From an uncultured Parafilimonas sp. (GTDB taxonomy: Bacteria; Bacteroidota; Bacteroidia; Chitinophagales; Chitinophagaceae), in assembly GCA_937892395.1 (NCBI GenBank), contig CALAGJ010000111.1, positions 2,039 to 66,038 on the forward strand: a stretch of 64,000 nucleotides of DNA. Direction: 5' to 3'. Positions 56,235 to 64,000 of this stretch are shown here, in pieces. A program made the translations under genes and the position numbers. Under the pieces are notes generated by a model that was given only the letters and a program-made list of their open reading frames with translations, ran no database searches and was not told the origin of the DNA. How positions within the stretch are numbered: the stretch's first letter is position 1; each line of letters begins with the position of its first letter.

Positions 56235-56612
56235 ATGAAAATACTTAAAATAATTTATTGGATGGTTACCGGTATCATGTGTGCTGTATTCCTATTTTCA
56301 GCAGGCATGTACCTTACAAAATATGACATGGTACAGGAGTTTTTTAGTCATTTAGGGTTTCCGATTTGGCTCATTTATCCTATGGCTATTTTAAAAATTT
56401 TGGGTGTAATTGCTATTGTTTCAAAGCTATCTAAATTTCTAAAAGAACTGGCATATTCAGGATTTTTGTTTAATGCGGTGTTGGCTTTATCAGCACATAT
56501 AATGGCTGGAGATAATGGATATCTGCTATCTATTATTGCATTGTTATCATTGATTCTGTCTTGGATATTAGATAGAAGAATTTCAAGGGCAAATGCTATG
56601 TCATTTTATTAG
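56235..56612 (+). CDS. DoxX-family membrane protein
   Basis: 125 aa with four TM helices. The pattern (KILGVIAIV...FLKELAYSGFLFNAVLALSAH) is typical of DoxX-like proteins. Confidence 0.7.
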   Translation: MKILKIIYWMVTGIMCAVFLFSAGMYLTKYDMVQEFFSHLGFPIWLIYPMAILKILGVIAIVSKLSKFLKELAYSGFLFNAVLALSAHIMAGDNGYLLSIIALLSLILSWILDRRISRANAMSFY

Positions 56613-56722
56613 AAAAAAATATCCATAATACCTTAAGCTATTCGGCATTTCAAATCTTTTCCTTCTCATGTAAGGGTTGTTATTCAATTTGAAAATATTA
56701 TCCGCCATAAAGGGAATTTTAA

Positions 56723-56740
56723 TTTCCCTGCGGGAAATGA
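56723..56740 (-). repeat. short dispersed hairpin motif, family B, degenerate copy 4
   Basis: The reverse complement reads TCATTTCCCGCAGGGAAA. It shares the CATT(T)CCCG(C/A)AGGG core with the other copies. Confidence 0.4.
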
Positions 56741-56826
56741 GGAATCGCTTAGAAAAAATTAATCTCCATATTTATGTTGCTCAACTAATTGCCATCAGTA
56801 AAAATAATTGAGTAGTACAAGGTTCA

Positions 56827-56847
56827 TATCCATTAAGACAATGGATA
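56827..56847. promoter_or_regulatory. perfect inverted repeat TATCCATT-N5-AATGGATA sharing the ATCCA/TGGAT half-site of the 21-nt element
   Basis: Lies 100 nt upstream of ATG 56947. The half-sites match those at 53312 and 55450, but the spacing differs. Confidence 0.35.
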
Positions 56848-56946
56848 GTAAAATGAATTTGTTGTTTGTATGAATATGAGATTATTTTTTTTGTTGCGTA
56901 ACATTTTAATGAGCTACTGCGTCCTAAGGCATCAACAATTCAAAAA

Positions 56947-57372
56947 ATGAACACTAAAGATACTGCCATAGATGAGGCAACAGATGTACAAGTTAATATC
57001 AAGATCAAACTTTCTGCATTATGGACATCGGTTACTCTTTGTTATTTATATGGTGATTACTTTGAATTATATGTTCCTGAAAAAACACAAGGATTAATCA
57101 ACGGAGAAAATCTTTTAGACAGCCCGGTTAAATTATTTGCGGCATCAGTATTGTTAGCAATTCCGGCATTAATGGTTTGTCTATCCATACTACTAAAATC
57201 AACAATAAACAGACGCATAAATATTGTGTTGGGCATATTTTACACCGCGATTATGGTATTGATTGCGATTACCTCTATTACAGCCTGGCGCAGCTTTTAT
57301 GTATTTTTAGCAATGGTAGAAAGTTGTGTAACAGCCACTATTGTGTACTACGCTTGGAATTGGAAAAAATAA
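56947..57372 (+). CDS. hypothetical 4-TM membrane protein (DUF6326-like)
   Basis: 141 aa. KIKLSALWTSVTLCYLYGDYF followed by three further hydrophobic helices. The family name is from recollection only. Confidence 0.55.
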   Translation: MNTKDTAIDEATDVQVNIKIKLSALWTSVTLCYLYGDYFELYVPEKTQGLINGENLLDSPVKLFAASVLLAIPALMVCLSILLKSTINRRINIVLGIFYTAIMVLIAITSITAWRSFYVFLAMVESCVTATIVYYAWNWKK

Positions 57373-57409
57373 ATAGCGTTAAAAAAACTTAATACCCATA
57401 ACCAAAGAA

Positions 57410-58117
57410 ATGTCAAAAAATAAATTAGCAAGAATAGCTGGTCTACTCTATTTAGGGGTAGTCATTACTGGAATTTTTAGTTTAATGTATGTTCCTACAA
57501 AGCTTATTGTGGAGAATGATGCAGCGGTAACTTATCAAAATATTATATCATCAGCATCGCTATTTAGGGTTTGGATTGTTTGTGGTTTGCTCTGTTATAC
57601 TTTATTTCTTTTTCTGCCACTTGTACTGTACAAATTATTACATACCGTACATAAAAACCACGCAGCATTAATGGTGTTATTTGCAGTAATGAGTGTACCT
57701 ATTTTCTTTTTAAATGTTCAAAATCAACTCAATATTCTCACACTTTTAACCGACCATTTGGGTTTTTCTGTAACACAAATTCAAGCGCAACTAATGCTTT
57801 ATCTTAATCAGTATGACAATGGCATGCGCATAGTTCATATATGCTCTGGTCTTTGGCTGTTCCCGTTTGGTTATTTAGTTTATACATCCGGATTTTTACC
57901 CAAAATATTAGGCCTGCTTTTAATGATAGGTTGTTTTAGCTATTTGATAAATTTTGTAGGAAATACACTGATGCCAACTTATTCAACACTTGGCATTTCT
58001 TCTTATATCAGACTACCTGCAAGTATTGGAGAAATAGGCATTTGTTTATGGCTACTAATTGCAGGTGTAAAAGACTCTAAGATAAAACATGAGGTCAACA
58101 ATGAATTGCAGCCATAA
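57410..58117 (+). CDS. DUF4386-family membrane protein
   Basis: The N-terminus LARIAGLLYLGVVITGIFSLMYVPTKLIV is the characteristic DUF4386 opening. About six TM helices. Confidence 0.7.
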   Translation: MSKNKLARIAGLLYLGVVITGIFSLMYVPTKLIVENDAAVTYQNIISSASLFRVWIVCGLLCYTLFLFLPLVLYKLLHTVHKNHAALMVLFAVMSVPIFFLNVQNQLNILTLLTDHLGFSVTQIQAQLMLYLNQYDNGMRIVHICSGLWLFPFGYLVYTSGFLPKILGLLLMIGCFSYLINFVGNTLMPTYSTLGISSYIRLPASIGEIGICLWLLIAGVKDSKIKHEVNNELQP

Positions 58118-58258
58118 CTTGCACTAAGAGTTTAGCCCAATTACAAACTATCATTTTACACACAAAAAATCAACTGAATCTAAAGAAAAAACAAGATATA
58201 ACTAAGTAGATCTTTCCTTCGGATTGCATATCACAAATCAATACACTACTATTGCCGG

Positions 58259-60169
58259 ATGAAATATGTGTTGGCAGTTGGATTTTTGTTGCATTGCCTC
58301 AGTTTTCGGGCATCTACACAATGTGCTACACAGATAGTTGTTTCTAATACTACCCCCTATAAAGAGAGTTTTGAAAACAATAATGGCGGGTGGACATCTG
58401 GTGGTGTAAATGATGACTGGGCTTGGGGTACACCCAATAAAAAAGAAATAAAAACAGCTGGAGATGGCAGCAAATGTTGGATAACCGGAAGTCTTACCGG
58501 CAATAGATATAATGATGGTGAACAAAGTTGGTTGCAGAGCCCCTGCTTCAACTGCACAGCACTGCAATATCCATATATCAGTTTTAAAATTTTCTGGGAG
58601 AGTGAATTAGATTTTGATGGTATTCAACTGCAATATTCTGAAAATGGTGGCCTATCCTGGCTAAATTCCGGTGGCGTAAATGACCCTGTTGATTGCCTCA
58701 ATAAAAATTGGTACAATGCTGGAAATGTGGATTACCTCCGCAGGTTTACAGGCGATGGTAATGGATGGTGTGGAAATATACAAACCTCCGGCCCTTCCAA
58801 TTGTAGAAAAGGACAAGGCAGTGGTGGCTGGTTAGTGGCCGGAAAAACAATGCCGCTGCTCAAAGGAAAATCAAATATTCGATTTCGATTCATCTTTGCA
58901 TCTGGTACACAATGTAATAATTTTGATGGTGCTGCCATCGATTCTTTTACAATCAGCGAAGCAGTAAATACAATTGCCTACACCTATCAATGTGTAGATG
59001 TAACTCAGATAAATTTTTCAGCAATTGGCTGTGCCAATAATGGTGTATCATGGAATTTTGGAGATCCAAATTCAGGCATGGCCAACACATCATCACAACA
59101 AAATCCTACTCACCTATTTTCTGGGCCAGGAGAATATACCATTACACTTACAGCACCCGGCGGCAATGACAGACCAAATGCAATTGCAACCACACAATTT
59201 AAAGTTGCAATTGTTGATGCTACTGTTATCACACCCTTGCAATGCCCCGGGGATAGGAATGCTGTATTGCAGGCAAGTATTCAACCGGCATCATTATCCA
59301 CCGGATTTACCTATAGCTGGAACTCAAGCCCTGTGCAGCTTACCGCCACCGCTACTGCATTGCCGCCAGGCATATATACTGTTACAGCCACACCTCCACC
59401 AGATGGATGTGCATCAACGGCAACAGCAACAATTGCAGACATCCAACCCTTTCAAATTCTATCTCAAAAAGGAAATGATACCTGTGATAATAAGCTCGGT
59501 TTTATAAAAACGAATGTCTCTGGTGGTACAGCCCCTTATCTATATTCATGGTCAAACGGAGCAGTGGGTACAGATGAAATTAATTTGCTGCGCAATGATG
59601 ATTATACCCTTACTGTTGTAGATGATAATGGTTGCATTACCACCTTCACAGAGCAGATTGAATCTATCAACCCTATAAACATTTTTCTGGGTAATGATAC
59701 AGTTATTTGCCCCGGAGATAGGATCATCCTTACACCAGGACTCGCATTTAATGCTTATCTCTGGCAGGATGGAAGCACCAATGATTCATTGTTTGTACAA
59801 TCAGCAGGTGACTACAACTTAACCATTGAAGATGCCTTGTATGGTTGTATTGCAAAAGATACTATTAAAATAGAAGAAGACTGTGGAGAGATTTATTTTC
59901 CATCTGCATTTACACCAAATGGCGACAATAAAAATGAGTTCTTTGGCGCTTTAGGAAATCTAAATGCATTACAGAATTTTAGCATGAAAATTTATGATAG
60001 ATGGGGTGCACTTGTTTTTGAATCAACAAACCCATTTATAAAATGGAATGGGTTAGCAAATAAGAATACTTTACCTGCCGGTGCCACAGCCTATACATGG
60101 TATGCAAGATTTGACTATAGAACACAAAAAAATATTTTTAGAAAAGGTACTATCTTAGTTTTATACTAA
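58259..60169 (+). CDS. exported multidomain protein (MAM/lectin-like N-domain, PKD domain, SprB-type repeats) with T9SS type-B (gliding-motility CHU_C) C-terminal domain
   Basis: Has a signal peptide. The PKD-like segment reads WNFGDPNSG...NPTHLFSGPGEYTITLT. SprB-type repeats read C.G..N..L and GGTAPYLYSWSNG. The C-terminus FPSAFTPNGDNKNEFF...IYDRWGALVFES...WNG matches the type-B sorting domain. Confidence 0.8.
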   Translation: MKYVLAVGFLLHCLSFRASTQCATQIVVSNTTPYKESFENNNGGWTSGGVNDDWAWGTPNKKEIKTAGDGSKCWITGSLTGNRYNDGEQSWLQSPCFNCTALQYPYISFKIFWESELDFDGIQLQYSENGGLSWLNSGGVNDPVDCLNKNWYNAGNVDYLRRFTGDGNGWCGNIQTSGPSNCRKGQGSGGWLVAGKTMPLLKGKSNIRFRFIFASGTQCNNFDGAAIDSFTISEAVNTIAYTYQCVDVTQINFSAIGCANNGVSWNFGDPNSGMANTSSQQNPTHLFSGPGEYTITLTAPGGNDRPNAIATTQFKVAIVDATVITPLQCPGDRNAVLQASIQPASLSTGFTYSWNSSPVQLTATATALPPGIYTVTATPPPDGCASTATATIADIQPFQILSQKGNDTCDNKLGFIKTNVSGGTAPYLYSWSNGAVGTDEINLLRNDDYTLTVVDDNGCITTFTEQIESINPINIFLGNDTVICPGDRIILTPGLAFNAYLWQDGSTNDSLFVQSAGDYNLTIEDALYGCIAKDTIKIEEDCGEIYFPSAFTPNGDNKNEFFGALGNLNALQNFSMKIYDRWGALVFESTNPFIKWNGLANKNTLPAGATAYTWYARFDYRTQKNIFRKGTILVLY

Positions 60170-60197
60170 AAATAAAGCAAATCAATCATTCAAATAA

Positions 60198-61157
60198 ATG
60201 AGCAATAAAGCAATCATGTCAAAACAAAAAATTCTAATCGTTGGTGCTGGTATAAGTGGGCTTTCCACTGCGTGGATGATTGACAAAAGCAAATATGATA
60301 TTACCATAATGGCAGCCAAATTTTCTCCTGATATTACCAGTAATCGTGCAGCAGCTTTTTGGTTTCCTTATCATATCAGAAATGATCATAGAGGTATAAG
60401 ATGGTGTAATGAAAGCTATGAAGCTTATAAAGCCTTTAGCCACAATAAAGACACTGGTGTAAGTATGCAAGTACTTACTAAAGGGTTGAGAAAAGGCATA
60501 GAAGACGGTGAGAAAAACTGGGTTGATTTCCTTCCGGAAGGTATTAGCAAAATGCTATCACCACAGGATACCTCACCGGAATATGATATAGTGTATGAAG
60601 TAACTGTACCGCTAATTGAAACACAACTATTTCTGCCTTGGATGATGCATCAACTCAAAGCACTTGGTGTAGCATTTCTCCAAGAAAAAATTGATAGTTT
60701 ATCAACCTATACCAATAGTTATGATATTGTTTTTAATTGTAGCGCATTGGGCAGTAGGATGCTTTGCAATGATGATACAATTATACCCGTAAGAGGGCAG
60801 GTTGGTTTATTATCTCCACATCAAGCATCTGCTTCATTTTATTTGGATAATGAAACGCCACTCTACATTGTGCCACGGCAGGATGCTATAATCATTGGCG
60901 GCACTTATGAAGAAAACATTACAACAGACAATACCGAACCGGATACCATCCATCGTTTATTAGAAAATGCCTATATGGTATTTCCTGCACTTAGGAAATT
61001 GGAAGTAATAGGCAGCTGGGCTGGCCTAAGACCGGTAAGGCCCACCGTACGTGTAGAGCGGGAACATGGCACAAATATTATTCACAACTATGGACACGGT
61101 GGCAGTGGTTTTACTTTATCATTTGGCACAGCCAAAGAAGCTGTATCGCTGATATAG
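60198..61157 (+). CDS. FAD-dependent oxidoreductase, D-amino-acid oxidase-like (DAO family)
   Basis: Has the dinucleotide fold ILIVGAGISGLSTAW. The C-terminal HNYGHGGSGFTLSFGTAKEA closely resembles the DAAO signature HNYGHGG.G. The ATG at 60216 is an alternative start. Confidence 0.75.
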   Translation: MSNKAIMSKQKILIVGAGISGLSTAWMIDKSKYDITIMAAKFSPDITSNRAAAFWFPYHIRNDHRGIRWCNESYEAYKAFSHNKDTGVSMQVLTKGLRKGIEDGEKNWVDFLPEGISKMLSPQDTSPEYDIVYEVTVPLIETQLFLPWMMHQLKALGVAFLQEKIDSLSTYTNSYDIVFNCSALGSRMLCNDDTIIPVRGQVGLLSPHQASASFYLDNETPLYIVPRQDAIIIGGTYEENITTDNTEPDTIHRLLENAYMVFPALRKLEVIGSWAGLRPVRPTVRVEREHGTNIIHNYGHGGSGFTLSFGTAKEAVSLI

Positions 61158-61183
61158 CAATGGTTCTATGCTTTAAAATATTT

Positions 61184-62716
61184 TTATTCTTCTTTAGAAA
61201 AATGATAAGCATCATATTCAATGAAGTCATTAATTTTAATATCTATACCTGTTACCTTATGCTGGGCTGTAATAAACTTTACAGGAAATATTCCATAGGC
61301 AGGATTGCTAAAGCTAATTCGCCATTCTTCATTGTCCATGTAATCTAAGTAGCCATACAATCCATCATGGCCTTCAAATTTTATTTTAATTCTTTTGCCA
61401 TCAGGCACTATGGAAATGCTCCCATATAAATTATTGTTATAAGTACCTACATAGGCGGTCATTTCTTCAGGTGGTGTATTACCTTTTATCCTTGATGCCA
61501 TTGCATCAGTAAGCTGATAGATTGCTTCCATATCTGATAAATATTTTGGCAAACTTTTCTTACTCCTGTTTTGATAGGGCTGATTAAAATAAGCATCCAA
61601 AATTTGCAATCGAAGCAGTTCAAAGAAATTCTGATTGTCATTATTTGTAAAGATTGCAATCGCTAAATTCTCCTCTGGTACAAAGCAGGTGTTGGTTACA
61701 AAACCGTCTGCACCACCAGTATGCCAGTAGATCTGGCGGCCTGCATAATCCTGTATGAATACACCAAGTCCATAACCTAAAAAATTTGAAGGAATTGTGG
61801 TTGATTTCTTACTCCTTACAATTGTTTCCATAGCCCTTGTACGCTGCAGTACTTGCCAAGGTAAGATGCTGCGGCCCTCATATCTGCCACTATCCAACTG
61901 CATTTGCAACCATTTTGAAATATCTTTTACACAACTCACTATGCTGGTAGCTGGAGCAAGATTATCAATATTGTCATAAGGCAGTTGTTGCAGGGTTCTA
62001 TAATAACTATTACTGTATGGTACAGCTGCATTGGGCATAGTTTTCATATTGTTTCCAAGCGTATGTGTTTGACTCATGCCCAGTGGTTGGATGATGCTAT
62101 CATACACATATACTTCCCAAGGTATTTTTACAGCGGCCTGTATGATCTCCCCAGCGGTAAGAAAACAACTATTACAATATCCATAGGATTGTCTAAATGA
62201 TGTGGATGGCTGCATCAGTTGCATTTTATTTATAATGCCTGCTCTACTTAGTCCACTATTCCAAAAAGTAAAATCGCCCTGAAATGTTTTGGTGCCTATA
62301 TGATGACTGAGCATGTCTCTGATATTGACCATTACTGTTGAATGCGCATCATACAACTTAAAATCGGGAAAATATTTTGTAATCTTATCATCCAAAGCAA
62401 TTTTTTTATGGTATTCAAGATGGGCCAGGGCAGTACCTGTAAACAATTTACTATTGCTGGCTATCATGAATAATGTATTTTCATCAACAGGTTTTTTTGT
62501 GTCAAGATTTTCTACTCCAAAACCTTTCATCATTACTGTTTTGCCATCTTTAATGATGGCGATGGCAAGACCGGGTATGTGCCAGTCCCTTATACCTTCT
62601 TCAATATAATTATCGATGCTATCTTTTATGAATGAAGGCTGGCTGTGTAGGGTTGTGGTAAAAAAAGAAATGAGAAGAATCAAAAAAAAAATACGTTTCA
62701 TAAAAATTCTTTGCAT
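61184..62716 (-). CDS. exported serine hydrolase of the class-C beta-lactamase / DD-peptidase family with C-terminal DUF3471-like domain
   Basis: Has a signal peptide. The S-x-x-K motif is FMIASNSKLFTG and a Y-x-N-like motif is YCNS. The ~120-aa C-terminal lipocalin-like extension is typical of DUF3471. The ATG at 62701 is an alternative start. Confidence 0.8.
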   Translation of the reverse strand: MQRIFMKRIFFLILLISFFTTTLHSQPSFIKDSIDNYIEEGIRDWHIPGLAIAIIKDGKTVMMKGFGVENLDTKKPVDENTLFMIASNSKLFTGTALAHLEYHKKIALDDKITKYFPDFKLYDAHSTVMVNIRDMLSHHIGTKTFQGDFTFWNSGLSRAGIINKMQLMQPSTSFRQSYGYCNSCFLTAGEIIQAAVKIPWEVYVYDSIIQPLGMSQTHTLGNNMKTMPNAAVPYSNSYYRTLQQLPYDNIDNLAPATSIVSCVKDISKWLQMQLDSGRYEGRSILPWQVLQRTRAMETIVRSKKSTTIPSNFLGYGLGVFIQDYAGRQIYWHTGGADGFVTNTCFVPEENLAIAIFTNNDNQNFFELLRLQILDAYFNQPYQNRSKKSLPKYLSDMEAIYQLTDAMASRIKGNTPPEEMTAYVGTYNNNLYGSISIVPDGKRIKIKFEGHDGLYGYLDYMDNEEWRISFSNPAYGIFPVKFITAQHKVTGIDIKINDFIEYDAYHFSKEE

Positions 62717-62937
62717 ACAAATATGCAGAATAAACTAATGCAAGGCAAATAGTCAATTTCTAAACCCATTGATGTTTTTTGGTGCTATCAGTATTGTAAT
62801 TGCTTCCTTTGCAAGATGAACGAATCATAACATTAATTGCTCGATGAATTAACTTTTAAAGTACAGATTAGTACTTATTATACTATACATTCACCAATCA
62901 AAAAAAATCATTAAAAAAATGGGATAGTTCATTACCA

Positions 62938-63858
62938 TTACAAAATCCTCAAAACCCGCTCCATCAATTCTTCATCAGTAATATCTTGAGGTACAAATTG
63001 CTCTCCGGTTACTTTTTCATATAATGATATATACCTTTTGGATATAGTTGCAATCCAGTCCTCTGTCATAACAGGTACAGTTTGTCCTTCTTTGCCCATA
63101 AAATCATTTGCCATCAGCCATTCTCTTACAAATTCTTTGCTAAGTTGCTGTTGCTTTTCACCGCTTGTTTGTCTTTCTTCAAAGCCATCTGCATAAAAAT
63201 ATCTGCTACTATCCGGAGTATGAATTTCATCCATCAGAAAAATCTCATTTTGATATAATCCAAATTCATATTTCGTATCCGCAAGTATAAGTCCTTGCTT
63301 TTTTGCTATGGTTTTACCTCTTTCAAATAATGCTAAGGCATAATTACTAATTGCTTCCCATTGCGCAGCAGAACAAATTCCTTGAGCTATAATAGAAGCC
63401 GGGTCAATATCTTCATCATGACCTGCTGCTGCTTTTGTACTTGGCGTAATGATAGGATTTGGAAAAGGATCATTTTCTTTGAGCCCTTCGGACATTTGTG
63501 CTCCGCACAATATTCTTTCGCCATTTTTATAAGTGCGCCATGCATGCCCAACCAAGTGGCCTCTTACTACCATTTCTATTTTAAAAGGAATACATTTAAT
63601 GCCATAAGACACTGTGGGTGCAGGCACTTGAAGCAACCAGTTTTTACAAATATCTTTAGTGGCTTCAAGCATATATGCAGCAAGCTGATTGAGCACCTGG
63701 CCCTTATAAGGTATGGGTTTGGGCAGAATAACATCAAATGCGGAAATACGATTGCTGGCAATCATGATCAATCGGTCAGTGCCTATTGTATAAACATCTC
63801 TTACTTTTCCTGAATAAAAATTTGTTTGATTGGGGAAGGAATAATTTGCGGCTATCAT
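62938..63858 (-). CDS. purC: phosphoribosylaminoimidazole-succinocarboxamide synthase
   Basis: 306 aa (long form). Contains YSGKVRDVY, ASNRISAFDV, LADTKYEFG and DEIHTPDSSRYF. Confidence 0.93.
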   Translation of the reverse strand: MIAANYSFPNQTNFYSGKVRDVYTIGTDRLIMIASNRISAFDVILPKPIPYKGQVLNQLAAYMLEATKDICKNWLLQVPAPTVSYGIKCIPFKIEMVVRGHLVGHAWRTYKNGERILCGAQMSEGLKENDPFPNPIITPSTKAAAGHDEDIDPASIIAQGICSAAQWEAISNYALALFERGKTIAKKQGLILADTKYEFGLYQNEIFLMDEIHTPDSSRYFYADGFEERQTSGEKQQQLSKEFVREWLMANDFMGKEGQTVPVMTEDWIATISKRYISLYEKVTGEQFVPQDITDEELMERVLRIL

Positions 63859-63862
63859 TATG

Positions 63863-63870
63863 CAAAATTA
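63863..63870 (-). promoter_or_regulatory. -7 box TAATTTTG 4 nt from the purC ATG (leaderless-mRNA candidate)
   Basis: CAAAATTA on the + strand. The - strand reads TAATTTTG-CATA-ATG. Confidence 0.45.
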
Positions 63871-64000
63871 AACACTGAAAAACACCAAATAACCCTAAAA
63901 AAAAAACATCCAATTTTTTTTTGCACAGGTATGTGTATAATATTTTGTTAAAATTAGCTAACATGTGTTACTATTGTACTTTCATAACCAAACAGTTAGA

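Noticed and set aside
59025-59507. 160-aa + strand ORF in an alternative frame inside 58259-60169
   Set aside because: It lies on the same strand, fully nested in a well-supported multidomain gene. The translation is a His/Gln/Leu/Pro-rich low-complexity artefact of the Thr/Ala/Pro-rich region.

Overview
Chromosomal segment from a low-GC member of the Bacteroidota. The assignment rests on T9SS C-terminal sorting domains on six exported proteins, TAnnTTTG -7 promoter boxes, and no obvious Shine-Dalgarno sequences. Most genes are conserved housekeeping genes: icd, amt, clpB, yidD-rnpA, rimO, gatB, purC, plus an FKBP isomerase, a DHH phosphoesterase, a PafA-like phosphatase and a nucleoside phosphorylase. 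These are interleaved with four accessory blocks. (1) 260-7312(-) is a tightly packed six-gene AgaS / tagatose-bisphosphate type amino-sugar catabolic operon that includes an exported GH-D glycosidase and an exported amidohydrolase; a T9SS beta-helix protein gene lies divergent to it. (2) There are two paralogous cassettes, each a two-component system placed divergently next to a very large exported protein built from tandem PPC (pre-peptidase C-terminal)-like domains plus Fn3 plus a T9SS CTD. Cassette 1 (31178-36411) has a LytS-like kinase and LytTR regulator. Its intergenic region holds three perfect 10-bp direct repeats phased exactly 21 bp apart. Cassette 2 (50858-56180) has a TPR kinase and NarL/LuxR regulator. 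An identical 21-nt element with 7-2-7 inverted heptamers sits upstream of both the PPC gene and the regulator gene. This pair is my best candidate for an undescribed signal-controlled secreted or surface system. (3) Several genes are visibly decaying: gntP, an ABC exporter that has lost its ATPase domain, an FG-GAP-like protein and an alpha/beta hydrolase. (4) Two families of dispersed intergenic repeats are present. Several genes have a -7 box 4-8 nt from the ATG, which predicts leaderless mRNAs. I recognised no rRNA, tRNA, CRISPR array, transposase, integrase or phage genes. All calls come from reading the sequence and ORF translations and from recalled family motifs; no database search was run.
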